The translations under genes were made by a program, and so were the position numbers. From Marsupella aquatica (taxonomy: Eukaryota > Plantae > Marchantiophyta): DNA of 64,000 nucleotides. The DNA is taken from assembly GCA_973895155.1 (NCBI GenBank), contig OZ316896.1:22587722-22651721 (forward strand), given 5' to 3'. Under the pieces are notes generated by a model. That model did no database searches. It saw only the letters and a list, made by a program, of their open reading frames with translations, and was not told the DNA's origin. Positions 50,784-64,000 of the stretch are shown here, in pieces (positions within the stretch are counted from its first letter, which is position 1; every line of letters begins with the position of its first letter).

Positions 50784-52130
50784 TCAAACTCGAAGAATAT
50801 GCAAGAAATTAGACTTCAGACCACCAAAGGAAAGAGAATATAGAACTCTCTCCCACACAATATCTTGGTCGTTGACACCGAACCCTGAGCCTCTAAGAAG
50901 AGCAACTACCAGGTCTCCATCTTGGTCACTTTCAACGCGCCTTCCAATATACTGATACTCATACCAATAATCGACTGCTACAAGCTGGTCATCCACCGCT
51001 AAAACTGCAAGTGGCTTACTTTCTGTAGTGTATGGGGTCCAATAATTTCTCTTTCGCTGTTTAATATGATGCAAACGCGTGCTGACATCTTGTTGAAGGT
51101 CAAGTTGAAAAACAGCAGACCCTGTGATGGCATGTAATTTCCCCTCTACAGCGAACATTGTCTTACGAATCCAGCCATCAAGATCCATTCCTGCAGGATT
51201 GTTGGGTACCTGGTTGGGCAGTCTTCTCCACTTGCCCGTTGTAGGGTTGTAAATCTCGAGAACATCTGCAGGGAATCCAAATACATGCAAATTCTGAAGT
51301 TGTAGGTTGAAGTTCCAGAACCCATTACGGAAAAACACTCCCCCATACACCAGAAGCTCCTTTTCGACAATGGCAACTTCGTGACCTTTCCGCTGAGTTA
51401 GCATTGGCATAAGCTCAGTCCAAGCATCTACTTTGGGGTCATACATCTCTGTGCCAGGAACGGTTGTAAGACCAGAAGATTTAGAACCACCGCATACATA
51501 AATTTTCCCGTCTATAGTGCCACACCCAAAACTACACCTAGCTGTGTACATACTAGCGCATTTTTCCCAAGTCTGCGCCAATCCAGCCACATCAAACATA
51601 TATACGTCGGCTTGGCTCAGAGGATAGTTAGTAGAATTCGGGGTAGAATTGTTCTCTCCCGTGTTCTTCAACCCTCCCAAAATATATATTCTGCCATCCA
51701 AGGTTGTGCATTGGCAGAAATCTGGAATTCCGCTCTTGACATCTGGAATGGGAGGAAGCTGACGACAAGCGCCTGTTTGCAGGCTATACAGAGCGATCCC
51801 AGTCTTGTTCTCAGAAACAGACAGAGCGTAGTTGACGACAACAAACGCTTCTGTCGAGTGGAACCGAGTTCTCTCGTCATGAATTTCATGACTTCGAACT
51901 GCTCGTTGCCAAGCACGGCTCACTGATGAGAGAACCCCCACTGAGCTCCATGACAACTTCGGGGTTATCATCCGTACTGTGAGGTCGTGCGGAATGCCAG
52001 GAAGCAGTCTCTTGCTGCCATTTTCGTCCGTGATTGCTGGTGTGGATGAGCTCCCTTCAAGTGCAGCACGCTGTTGTTTGTCTCTCTCTCTCTTCAGTTT
52101 CTCCGCTTTCAGCCTGCCCAGGTGAAACAT
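50784..52130 (-). CDS. F-box/kelch-repeat protein, intronless CDS (copy 1)
   Basis: F-box-like LLPGIPHDLT..VSRAW. Kelch motifs DGRIYILGG, WEKCASMYTAR, DGKIYVCGG and YDPKVDAW. ATG 52130 matches the paralog start. Confidence 0.92.
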   Translation of the reverse strand: MFHLGRLKAEKLKRERDKQQRAALEGSSSTPAITDENGSKRLLPGIPHDLTVRMITPKLSWSSVGVLSSVSRAWQRAVRSHEIHDERTRFHSTEAFVVVNYALSVSENKTGIALYSLQTGACRQLPPIPDVKSGIPDFCQCTTLDGRIYILGGLKNTGENNSTPNSTNYPLSQADVYMFDVAGLAQTWEKCASMYTARCSFGCGTIDGKIYVCGGSKSSGLTTVPGTEMYDPKVDAWTELMPMLTQRKGHEVAIVEKELLVYGGVFFRNGFWNFNLQLQNLHVFGFPADVLEIYNPTTGKWRRLPNQVPNNPAGMDLDGWIRKTMFAVEGKLHAITGSAVFQLDLQQDVSTRLHHIKQRKRNYWTPYTTESKPLAVLAVDDQLVAVDYWYEYQYIGRRVESDQDGDLVVALLRGSGFGVNDQDIVWERVLYSLSFGGLKSNFLHILRV

Positions 52131-53280
52131 CTTCGATACTGATGTAAACTTAGCGTTCTGCAGATTTCTCCGCCCGCAATTGCTGCCTGGAGACTGAAGA
52201 CGATCGATGCCCGCTTGCTTGCTGCGCACTTGGGGAAGTCTCGACAGTGTCTATTCCCCCGCGAGTGCGCACCTACAACCCAGTACGAATCGGGGTAATC
52301 ACCCGTTGGTACAACTACTGCCCTCGCCGATTGCAGAAAAGTACCGACGTTACAGGTTCAGAAGAGCGACGACGTTCTTCGATAAATCTCCTGCTTGTTG
52401 GATATCTCAACTCAGGATGATATCTGCTACATGAACAACAGGTCAGTCAGATGTATTGACGAACGGGAGGTATGACTTGAACGAGCGAAGCCTGAACAAG
52501 GTGTTAGAGTATCAACGAATCCATATATATCCTGAACTTACGTGTGAGAATCGATCGATCTGCCATGCTGCCCAGAACATTCTAGAGCAAAGCTGCGATG
52601 GTATCAACCAATCCATCTCCTGAACGTATGATAATTTCGCCATGCCGCCGACATGATTCTACTTGGGAATGTTAGAATCAGGTTCCTAGCGATTGAACGC
52701 AGACCTCAGATCGATATGCGGAATACGTAAGTGGTCTGCAACCTTTCGGAGTGGCAGCAACGGATGGAGAGAGGAGAATTCTGAGCGCACGTCTTGATGG
52801 CACTAAACGAGGAGAATGGAAAATATATGGCATCGATCTGTATTCTTAGTGCTCGGCAAATTAACCACCTGGACAGTCAATTTGGTATCGAATAAACGGG
52901 TTACTACCAAATTGATTGCCAGCGTCAGGCGTTAGAATCGAAGGTTGTGTCGAATTCCTTGGTTGACGGTAATTCTTTGCATCATTTCGATTAGCAGCAT
53001 TCAAACTAGCTCGAAGACTCTGAGCAATAGACATCATACCGTAGCTGACAAGACAAAAGGAAAACAAGCGAGCCAGTAATGTGAATGTGATTTGGTCATC
53101 CGTCGGCTCATCTCTGCAACACTAAACCAACAAAGGTGGTAGCATAACTCGGTTACCGACGGACAAAACACAGAGATACTCACAAATAAATTTATTTGAA
53201 GCAGTGAAGATCACACAGACTGACTTTTCGGCAGTGAGAACTGAGTCCATAAAGCGATAGTGGCAAGAATGCGGAAGTAG

Positions 53281-53400
53281 CTTATATAGGGTTGTCGCAT
53301 GAACATCAGGGCTGAAGTGAAGTGTCACGGAGCAAAGTGTCACGGGTCTCGATCAAACATGAACTCCCTTCCACACGGTACAGTACCTATTTGATTGGTT
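53281..53400 (-). promoter_or_regulatory. putative TATA and CCAAT boxes of F-box/kelch copy 1
   Basis: Minus-strand CCTATATAAG at 53281-53290 and CCAATC at ~53393. Both are retained in copy 2 (~59680, ~59806). Confidence 0.4.
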
Positions 53401-56400
53401 TGCGCGACAGGGCCCTCACTCCTGTCATATCATTTCCGGCGAGTTTTTCCCCAAAACCACCGTTCACAGTAAATCGCGAAACTGCTGTCCGTGTGATCCC
53501 AATGCCAGTTTTCCTTAGGGCTCTCTTGACGGTGGCAGATGGCTGGATCGGGGGTCACCGATCTCCTCATGCAGAAGGGGCCCAATCAACGGTATTCCCG
53601 GTATATCCGGATTTCGATGGAGGGTCCCTAGTTTTCTTTGTGTTTTTCCAGTTTCCTTGCTGTTTCGTTTCCTTTGCCTGCCGCAACCAAGGACAATCCC
53701 CAATTTACTACGGGGTGGGACAGATGGGTTTCTTGTATAGATGATTTGCTGCAACCAAGGACAATCCACAATTTACTACCGGGTGGGACAGATGGGTTTC
53801 TTGTATGGATGATTTACCTTCACTTCGTGTGGGCCCTCACACTAGCCAGGAAAGTCTCTGGTGGAAGGATTTAGTTGGGCGGGGCCGGGCTGTCACACCA
53901 AAGCGAAACTCTGGATGAGACGTGAAGGTTGGTTACAGGTTGGCATGGTGGTGACTGCGCGCCTTGGGCAGGATCTCCTTAATTAATTAAGTGCTCCCGG
54001 GAATGTCATAATTTGCGGTAGTCAACTTCGAGTCCAGGTTGGGCTCTCTCATGAGTACAACAACGTCTTCTGCCCTAAGGCCATGGTCCACGATTAAAGC
54101 TTTTCCAATCCTAGTTATTACAGTAATGTGTTTGCCCGCCTGAGGGAGTACCTGGGTCGGACGGACCCTTTCAAATGTTTACTGATACTCAAAAAAGAAG
54201 ACGCACTTGAGAATGTTACTTTTGGAGATCGAGCGGAGCCAAACAATGACCCGGCTGACAATCAATATGGTCGATATCAAGCACTTGCGAACATCTGAGA
54301 CTGCCACATCTTTGATTTAGGTTACCTTGCTTCATGGCAACATTGGCTTGATATTCAAGTTCAACACATTATACGTACGATCCTCCAGGTGACTGATTAC
54401 GTATTTGTAGTGCTATTGTTATTGTAGTTTGCCATGTGGGTAGGTATCAGAACTCCAAAGGGCAATCAAAATTCTTGGAGCACCATAGATCTGCAGGTCA
54501 CTCTCCGGCTGGAATACAATATTAATTTAGCATATAGCTTCAAGATCAGCACGGCGTCTTTCCTTCTCCTATCTTACTTCGACCATGTGAAGCTTAAACT
54601 CTTCTACCAGATCGACGTACGACTGCAAATTTTTCACTCCATGTGGCGGATCTGGTCACCAAGCCCCATGCTCTTCCTCTTGTGCCAATATCAACGCTTC
54701 TAATTAAAAAACTATCATCATGTAATGCATACATGTAGTCTATCTGTAGTAGTAACTGTAAGTTAGAGATGGATTGCCCAACTTTGCCAAGGTTTGGAGG
54801 ACAGGGTGTAGCAGAATTCAAACCTAGAATTATAGTAAGAAAATTGGGAAGAAAATTCTAGTCGAGTACTTGGGGGGAGGGGGGATCACTCAAAATCTTC
54901 CAACCCATTGTGTAAGACAAAGAGTAGGGGTTTTGAAATTAGTTTCAAAGACAACTTAGAAGTTTTTGTGAAAGAATTTGAGTATTTATTTCTTTCTTTT
55001 CCTCCTATAGTATTGGTGCACAGTCCCACTAAGGGGTAAACCCCAAAACTGTGTGTAAAAACATTTATTTTTAATTTTTTTATTTAATATGGACCCTCAT
55101 TAGGGATCTCTTGCAAATTCTCTGGCATGAGAGCGCACCACGTCAGCTCAGACATAGACAAACAAGACAGGATCATTTTGCAAATAAAAATTGATAGCCA
55201 TGTCATGTTTGTGACAATTTTTGTGTAACTTTTGGGTGGCTATGCTGTAAATTCTAAATGTAAATATAAATACATACAAAATAAAATTTGTAATTTTTAT
55301 AATGCTAACTATTTTATTTACTTTTAGGTTTTTGTATAGATTCAATAAATGTGTATAATATTGTGTTTTCATATTAATTTTTAACAGTAATAATGATATA
55401 AGTAGGTGTTTACAAGTAATAATGGTAATTACCCAGGTAATGAATAAAAACAGTTACTTAGACAGTACTCATCTCAAACAACAGTAGTGTGTACAAGGGG
55501 GAGAATATCACAACAGCATTGTCAGCATCTCAATGTAAAGTGCAACCAACAATGCACTCTTTGTGTAAACTGTTTCAACAACAGTCCTCCATCTCTTCTT
55601 CCACTTGAGCACATTGGAATTTTCAGAAGGTTAAGCGAGAGGTTAATAGCTTTAGTCTGGATGTTTGTACAACCACGATACATATATCAATTTTTGAGAT
55701 CATTGCAAATTTGCGGCAAGCATAGCAGCACCTTTGCAATGTGTCTGTCCGTTTTGTCTTGCTTCATCACATTCCGTTGGTCACGTTGGTTCAGTGAATA
55801 GGGAGATATGCCGTAGTATAGTCTCAAGTATGGGTATTTTGCTATGTAAATTGAGTAGCTTTGTGAAATTTGTAATGTAAAATATCATTAGTGACCTCAT
55901 AGTCAGATTTAAAATTAAAATGGCCTTAATATAAATAAAGATTGGTATGAAATGGATTAAAACATCCTGACTGTTATTAATTTATTAGGACCTTTTTTAA
56001 ATTATATAAAGCATGGCCTTGTGGTGCAGTGTGACTTCTTGTTGGCAAGCTCTCTCTTTTACTTACTCAAACTGCCTTTGAGAGCACTTGTTTGAGTCAA
56101 TCATGGATCTAATTATCATGTACAAATACAAGAATAGGTTGAAGCATTTCATAGACGCTCAGGGCAGCAATTTGAGCTCTGTCTTCACTCTGTCACATTT
56201 AAGTCTTAGTTTGGCAACCAGTAGAAAGAATGTTTTCTCAAGCTCTCACCCAATGAAAGCAACCTTAGCTGGATCTACTCATGCTATGTCTTGGTTTGGT
56301 TCACTTAAGTAACTACAGAATAACATTAATTATTTAAGCAATTTGCCAAAACTTAATACAAAGATCTTAATTTCAGCAACACTGTTGTTGAGCATTACTT

Positions 56401-57116
56401 CCTGAGCTTTTGAATTTAAGACTAAAATTTGTGTACAAAAGTTGCAATCTTACTTATGTTGACATAGGGAAGGGAGTTGTCTTACTGTCTACTAGAGTAA
56501 TTTTAAAATAGTGTCAGTTGGCTGAAAATCAAGGGATACCCCTAATTAGTGTGTGTGACACTAATTGTTTGATGAGACTAAATACTCTGTACGTCCATAA
56601 TATGAGTGAATTCGAAAGACTATTTAATCTGAGTTGCAGAGTACTATGGACACAATTGATACAAATCTCGAGGATTGATCACAACTGATCGACGTTCTAT
56701 TGGTTTGCTTAGAATTATGAAACAAAATGATCAGAAATATCCACACGACTGACTTCAAAATTCTGGTCAATTTGAGTTCACAGCATGCAACGCACTTGAC
56801 AAAAATCTCCAAACATATATTCACGAAACTGAATTCGAAAGACTGGTCAATCTGAGTTTCATAGAATGCATTCACTTGAATGAAAAAACTTAGCACACAA
56901 ATGATGGAAATTAAGTAGCTCACGCATTTATTCTTTTGTTTACAAATTAAGAAACAAAGCTCATGCTGATGTAAGTAAAATCTTATGAGCCAGGAATCGA
57001 TCTCCTGTTCTAAAAACTACAGATCGATCTAACTTTATTGACAAAGGAGGCGGAGTTCCAAAGAAAGAATCGGCCTATGGCCTTGAATGATTTGGCCTAA
57101 TTTGTGCAGCGGCTAC

Positions 57117-58481
57117 TCAAAGTCGAAGAATATGCAAGAACGGACACTTCAAACCTTCAAAGGAAAGAGAATATAGAACTCTCTCCCACACAATATTTTG
57201 GTCCTTGACACCAAACCCTGTGCCTCGAAGAAGAGCAAAGACCAGGTCTCCATATCGGTCTATTTCAACGCGCCTTCCAATATACTGATACTCATACCAA
57301 GAATCTACTGCTAAAAACTGGTCATCCACAGCTAAAACTGCCCGTGGCCCCTTTTCTGGAGTGTATGGGGTCCAATGATTTCTCTTTCGCTGTTTGATGG
57401 ATTGCACACGGGTCGTGACATCTTGTTCAAGGTCCAGTTGAAAAACAGCAGACCCTGTAATGGCATGTAGTTTCCCCTCTACAGAGAACATTTTAAACGT
57501 GTCATCAATATGCATTCCTGGAATGTTGGGTATCTGGGGGGGCACACCAAGATTGGGTATCTGGGGGGGCACAACAAGATTGGGTAGCACATTAAGATTA
57601 ATTTCCGGATCGTTGGGTGCCTGGTTGGGCAGTCCTCTCCACTTGCCCGTTGTAGGGTTATATATCTGGAAATAATAATTCCGAACATGCCCTCCAGAGA
57701 GTAACCTTCCCCCATACACCAGAAGCTCATTATCCACAATTGTAACTGTGTGACCCTTGCGCCCACTTATCATTGGCATAAGCTCAGTCCAAGCATCTGC
57801 TTTGGGGTCATACACCTCTGTGTCAGAAACGTTTGCAACACTATACGACTTACAACCACCGCATACATAAATCTTCCCGTCTATAATGCCACACCCAAAT
57901 CTATACCTAGCTCTGTGCATACTAGCGCATTTTTTCCAAGTCTGCGCGTGCCCACCCACATTAAACATATATACGTCCTCTTGACACAGATGATTGTCGT
58001 TCCTAGAATTGTTCTTCAATCCTCCCATTATATAGATTTTCCCATCCAAGGTAGTGCATTGGCAACAATCTGGGATTCCGTTCTTGACATATGAGATGGG
58101 AGGAAGCTCACGACAAGCGCCTGTTCTCAGGCTATAGAGAACGATCCCAAACTTGTTTTCAGAAACAGATACAGTATGGTTTAGGACAACAAACGTTTCC
58201 GTCGTCGAGTGGAAGCGAGCTCTTTCGTCATAAACTTCTTGACTTCGAACTGCTAGGTGCCAGGCATGGCTCACTGTTGAGAGCGCCCCAACTGAGCGCA
58301 ACGGCAACCTTGGGCAGATCATCCGTACGGTGAGGTCGTGCGGAATGCCAGGAAGCAGTCTCCTGCTGCCGTTTTTGTCCGTGATTGCTGTTGTGGATGA
58401 GCTCCCCTCAAGTGTATCATGCTGTTGTTTCTCCCTCTTCCTCTTCAGATTCTCCGCTTTCAACCTGTCCAGGTGAAACAT
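57117..58481 (-). CDS. F-box/kelch-repeat protein, intronless CDS (copy 2)
   Basis: 454-aa ORF, collinear paralog of 50784-52130. Confidence 0.92.
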   Translation of the reverse strand: MFHLDRLKAENLKRKREKQQHDTLEGSSSTTAITDKNGSRRLLPGIPHDLTVRMICPRLPLRSVGALSTVSHAWHLAVRSQEVYDERARFHSTTETFVVLNHTVSVSENKFGIVLYSLRTGACRELPPISYVKNGIPDCCQCTTLDGKIYIMGGLKNNSRNDNHLCQEDVYMFNVGGHAQTWKKCASMHRARYRFGCGIIDGKIYVCGGCKSYSVANVSDTEVYDPKADAWTELMPMISGRKGHTVTIVDNELLVYGGRLLSGGHVRNYYFQIYNPTTGKWRGLPNQAPNDPEINLNVLPNLVVPPQIPNLGVPPQIPNIPGMHIDDTFKMFSVEGKLHAITGSAVFQLDLEQDVTTRVQSIKQRKRNHWTPYTPEKGPRAVLAVDDQFLAVDSWYEYQYIGRRVEIDRYGDLVFALLRGTGFGVKDQNIVWERVLYSLSFEGLKCPFLHILRL

Positions 58482-61400
58482 ATTCGATATCGATGTGAAC
58501 TAAGCGTGCCGGAGGTTTCTCGGCAGCAACTGCTGCCGGAAAACGGAGGACGGAAGATGCTCGCTTGCTTGCTGGAATGCGCACTTGCAAGAAGTCTCAA
58601 CAGTGTCTATTCCTCCGCCAGTCCTCTACAACCCCAGTACGAATAGGAGTAATCACCCGGGTAATCACCCATTGGTACAAATATTGCCCTCGCCTATTGC
58701 AAAAAACTAGTGACACTACAGGTTTTGAAGAGTGACGAAGCTCTTCTCCCACTTGTTGGATACCTCAACCTCAGAATGATATCTGCTGCATGAACAACAG
58801 GTCAGTCAGGCATGTTGACGAACGTGAGGTATCAATTGAACGAGGGAAGCCTGAACAAGGTGTGAATATCAACTAATCCAAATCCTGAACTTAAGGTGTG
58901 ATAATCGATCGATCTGCTATGCTGCCCAGAACATTCTAGAGCAAAGCGTTCAATCGCTAGGAACCTGATTCTAACATTCCCAATCGATATGCTGAATACG
59001 TAAGTGGTCTGCAGTATTTCGGAATAGCAGCAACGAGGAGTGGAGAGTTACGATCGCACGTGTGAGATTACGGTAGAGCTCGAAGCAGATATTTCAAGCA
59101 AAGTTCTCCGGTCTTGATAGCACTAAACAAGGAGAATCGAAAATGGCATCTATCTGTATTCTGCAAATTGAGCACCTGGACAGTCAATTTGATATCGAGT
59201 CAAGGGGTTACTACCAAATTGATTGCCAGTCGTCAGGCGTGACAATCGAAGGTTGTGTCGAATTCCTTCGTTGACGGTGATTCTTTGCATGCATCATTTC
59301 GATAGCAGCATTCAAACTCGAAGACTCTGAGCACTGGACATCATACCGTAGCTGACAAGACAAAAGGAAAAAAAGCGAGTCATTAATATGAATGTGATGA
59401 ATGTACGTGATTTGGTCATCTGTCGGCTCATCTCTGCAACACTAAACCAACAAATGAGGTAGCATAACTCATCTCTGCAACTCTAAACCCATCAAAGGAG
59501 AGCTCGGTTACCACTAAACCAACAAAGGAAGTAGCATAACTCGGTTACCAACAGACAAAACAGACAGAGATACTCACAAATAAATTTGTGTAAAGTAGTG
59601 AAGATCACCCAGACTGACTTTCGGCCCGGAGAACTGATCGAGTCAAAAAGCGATAGTGGCAAGAATGCGGAAGTAGCTTTTTATAGGGTAAGGTTGTGAC
59701 ATCAACATGAGGACTGAAGTGTCACGGAGCGAAGCTGGTGTCGCCTCTATCTCAATCAATCAATCATGAAGACCCCATCCCTTCCAAACCTTACAGTACC
59801 TATTTGATTGGTTTGCGCGTTAGGGCACTCACACCTGTTATCTCATTTTAGGCCAGTTACGCTCAAAAACCACAAGTCACTTTGGTGTTGTATACATAGG
59901 AAAAACCAGTGGAAAATTAAGCGGTTAATCCAGAAATTGCTGTCCGTTGGATCCCCAATGCCAGTTTTCCTTAGGGCTTTCTTAATAGTGGCAGACAGCT
60001 GGATAGGGGTCACCGATATTCTCATGCAGATTAGGCCCAAATCAACCGTATCTTGGTATATCTGGATTTCAATGGAGGGTCCCTAGTTTTTTTGTTTGTG
60101 TTTTTCCAGTTTTCTTGTTGTTTGGCTTGCTTGGCCTGCCGAAACCAAGGACATCCCCAATTTACTATGGGGTGGAACAGATGGGAGTCTTGTATGGATG
60201 ATTTACCTTCATTTCGTGAGGGCCCTCACACTAGCCAGGAAAGTCTCTGGTGGGATTATTTAGTTGGGGGCCCGGGATGTCACACCAAAGAGAAAACTCT
60301 GGATGAGACGTGAAGGTTGGTTACAGGTTGGCATGGTCGCTGCTAGTCTTGGGCAGGATCTCCGTGGAATGCCATAATTTGCGGTAGTCAACTTCGAGTC
60401 CAGGTCAGGCTGACAGGCTCTCTCACATACGTACAACACCGTCCATTTTCTGCCCTAAGGCCATGGTCCACGATTACAGCTTTTCCAATCATAATTATTA
60501 CTGCAATGTGTTTGCCCGTGTGTTTGCCTGCCTGAGGGAGTAGCTGGGTCGGACGTACTGAAGAGAAGGCGCACTTGTTACTTGTTGGGATCAAGCTGAG
60601 CCAAGCAATGACCGGCTGACAATCAATATGGTCATATCAAGCATTCTTGCCAACATCTAAGACTGCGACATCTGAGGCTGCGGGATCTTTGATCCTTGAT
60701 TGGCTTGATATTTAAGTTCTACACATTATACGATGCTCCAGATTGAAAAACTACGTATTAGTAGTGCTAATATTATTGTAGTTGTCCAAGTGGGTAGACA
60801 TCAGAACTCCAAGGGCAATCGAAACTTGGAGTACCATCGATCTGATTTTTAGGTTCTACACATTATACGATCCTGCAGATTGACTAACTACGTAATCGTA
60901 GTGCTATTGTTGTTGTACTTGTCCGTGGGTAGATATTAGAACTCCAAGGGCAATCGAAATTCTTGGAGCACTATCGATCTGCAGGTCAGACTCTCCAGGG
61001 CTGGAATATAATATTTCGCATAGAGCTTGAAGATTAGCCGGCGTCTTTCCTTCTCCTGTCTTACTTCGACCATGTGAAGCTTAATCTCTTTCACCAGAGC
61101 TTAATCTCTTTCACCAGATAGACGAGTGACAACTTTTCACTTTCCAGGTGGCGGATCTGGTCACCAAGCCCCACGCTCTTCCTTTAATTTGTTCCAATAA
61201 CAACGCTTCTAATTCTCATTCTGCCTAGAAAGCTATCATCATGTAGTGCATAGTTACATGTACTGTATTTTCAGTCGTAGCCGTCGTAGCTGTAGTTTAG
61301 AGACGGATTGCCCAACGTTCTAAGGATTTGGAGGTCAGGGAATACATCGGTTCATATGCATAGTTGTGAAGATCCGCTAAGCAACTATGTCACATTAATT

Positions 61401-64000
61401 GTAGCCATTGTGGCATGCTTTATGGAAAATTGGCAGGGTACCTAGCAATTGATTGACACATCAATTGTGGCATTCTTTATGGAAAAGTGATATGATATAG
61501 GCAGCATTTTGAGTAAATAAGTACGTAATGCCATTCGTGAATTTTCACTGGTAATTTGGGGGGTAATTCTAGAAGATGAAGCCCAGATTGGACCTTTAGG
61601 TTTGTCAGAATGCTCCCCATAAATTTAAGCAACCCGGTTGGACCTCGATGTTTAATCACATTTAACTCAGGTAATACTGTTTACTCTTCTCACTAAAATA
61701 TGGTATGTAAGTGGGTGTAAACCTGCTACAGGGTGTATTATAATTCTTCTATCTATTCCAGCCGGTAAGCTGCATCTACGTACAGTAGCCATGTGCACTT
61801 CATGATCAGACTTCAATTTTTTTATATCACTAATTCATTCATAGTGGCTTCTGACAGGACTGATGTAGTGATCGAAAGTACATCAAATTTTTTTTATATC
61901 ACTAATTCATTCATAGTGGATTCTAAAAGGACTGTATGATGTAATGAAAGTATATAAAAAATGACACTAAAGACTACAGTAGTTAGACTTCAGTACATCC
62001 AAAATGACATTAAAGACCCGCTTAGACTTCATGCCTCCCTATGACTGTCAGGCAGGGCACAATCCACCAGGGACTCCCTGTTTAATCGCTTGGTTTGAGC
62101 TTCGTTTTCATAATTCTAGACATAAATCAGCCAATTATAAAAATTATCCTTTAGTCTGTTACTAAACTTGGTAAAACATTACAATTATTTAGGCCTATAA
62201 ATATTTTAAGGGACTGTTAGCACTGTATTATGGGCAATAATAGCCAGAAAATAGCTTCTCAAATCTAGAACCTAAGGTCTTGTTTTTCAAAGCATTCTAT
62301 TATATACCTGAAACTTTAATGTTTGAGAAATACTTGAATGAGCCGAGCACAATGCTTGGTGTTGCGCTTGTCCAGGAGGTAAAGAAACTTGTTTCGCAAC
62401 AAGAATGGTGTGCTGTCAACATTTGTAGTGGGTCTTAGCCTGGAAAATGGTCAAGATGACATCCACTGGTGCAAACCAAAAACCCCTCCCCCCTACATAC
62501 ACGGCTCTAATTCAATAACGGAACCTGATAGGGAGTACCAGTGAGTGTGAAAGTGTCCTGCAACTTACTCTATGCTGGTGGTTATCCATTTTGGTTGGCA
62601 TATGTTGTAGAAAGTGCATGTCAACTTCAATATGGAATTTTTGGAATTAATTAATGGTTAGATACTCTGCATGTAAACAAAAAGAACTGACAAATTAAAA
62701 TAAAAGCTTGTGGCCCCGCTTGTGGCATTTCCCAGATATATAATTCTTATTGAAGACTTTTAGGTACGGGGTTGTTACTTAAATTGTTTTGGCCATAATT
62801 ATATTTGAGAGATTTTGAGACTGAATATGAAAAAATCTGGAGAAGGAAGGCTATAATTTTAAATGTTTTTTTGATTTGACAAGATTGTCTAGAGATGAGA
62901 TTTATGTGGTCGCGGGGGAAATGTTGAGGAAACCAATTCAAGACCACAAGATAATTCTGGAAATAATGGTACTGAGGGGTAACCATGGGTTATTAACTTG
63001 GGAATAACTTAGGAATCACAGGTACCACCTGTCCATGCCTATATATTGTATGGATGATCAAGGAGCTTTGTGACGCACATGGGGCATCATATTGCCAGAC
63101 ATGGACTAGAAGTGGGAAGGCTGCTGGACACTAGAAAGCTCACGCGGCAGTTTCAAATCAAAGTGGGGCTTGGTCACTGTGCCTATACCCTGGGCATTGT
63201 TCATGTTTTCAACTCGGGGGTCTCACTATATGGATGCCTCCCCATCACTGACAATGTTTTCAGGCCTCAAACCCCCTAAAATGTAAGATTTTTTTTAATT
63301 TTTCAACCTTTATAAAGTTGGAATATTCCAAAATTTTGGTTATAAGGACCCTAAATAATGTTATTATAAGTCTCAAAATTTGATTTAAAAGACCTTGTTG
63401 TTCTTCTCAAAAAATTATTAAGTCTTCCCTTTGAACCAATAAAATGACCCTATATTTCGTCGCACGTGATGTGCCATTTTTGTGGAAATGATACCCCCGA
63501 GGTTATCAACATATTTTTTAATATTTTCTACCTTGTATTAAATTAGTTAAATATAGTGGCTTCTTCTCTACTTCTACTTGTCTTTTTGGGTCTACATGGA
63601 ACATTGATTGATGTCATCACATTGTTGACTATGTTACAAAAATCTGGACAAAATGGAGAAACCTTGAAAGTTCTCCAGAAACTTTTAATGAACATAACTA
63701 GCACTAAGGCACACAAAGAATTCAAAGTTTGCGGCTAAGTCCAACTTCAAATTAATATACTGAAGAGTAATTGATTTCTTATATATTACCCCCTTGAATT
63801 TCAGAACTGATGATGATTGATAAATAATTGATAAAGTTGATTTGCTCAAAAACAAGTGATAATGCCTGAAGCTAGATCCATAAATCTTAAGCTTCAAAGC
63901 CAACAAAGCCAACAAAGGCTTTAGGCTGAAAATCCATTGTGAGTGAGCCACACTAGATCGAAGACCAAGATAATTATACTATAACAATATTGGGTGAATA

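Larger units (their letters stand above)
50450..61340. repeat. tandem segmental duplication (~50450-54810 versus ~56780-61340)
   Basis: Downstream flank, CDS and ~2.7 kb of upstream sequence are collinear between the two copies. Confidence 0.9.

Noticed and set aside
53322-53874. Conserved small ORFs upstream of the F-box/kelch genes (also 59808-60313)
   Set aside because: Frames and stops differ between the two copies; the similarity is explained by the duplication itself.
62200-64000. Degenerate DNA-transposon remnant
   Set aside because: AT-rich with no recognisable TIR pair or transposase motif inside the window.

Overview
Eukaryotic DNA with spliceosomal introns, from a land plant; gene and TE content suggest a non-seed lineage such as a bryophyte (inference). 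Bases 1-26.6 kb are a nested stack of decayed transposons: a minus-strand Ty3/gypsy element, an Athila-type LTR, a gypsy pol whose integrase ends in a PHD finger, a Ty1/copia element with an antisense RNase-H1-N-domain ORF, and three MITEs with readable TIRs/TSDs. The centrepiece is a ~13.2-kb TIR DNA transposon (5415-18597, probable 4-bp TSD CATG) with a Sola/DUF7869-like DDE transposase. On the opposite strand it carries a spliced ParB-like + beta-class N4C/N6A DNA-methyltransferase fusion gene, a Ulp1/C48 SUMO-type protease and an F-box-like ORF. It also holds more than 20 copies of a TGGGATAC-N3-GTATCCCA palindrome, mostly arrayed at ~90-bp spacing. All its genes carry a few inactivating mutations, so this copy is a fossil. 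Bases 28-64 kb are host genes: RNR large subunit, a METTL21-like protein methyltransferase, CYP97B, an IAH1-like SGNH esterase pseudogene and two tandemly duplicated intronless F-box/kelch genes. Domain calls come from motifs recognised by eye; no database search was run.
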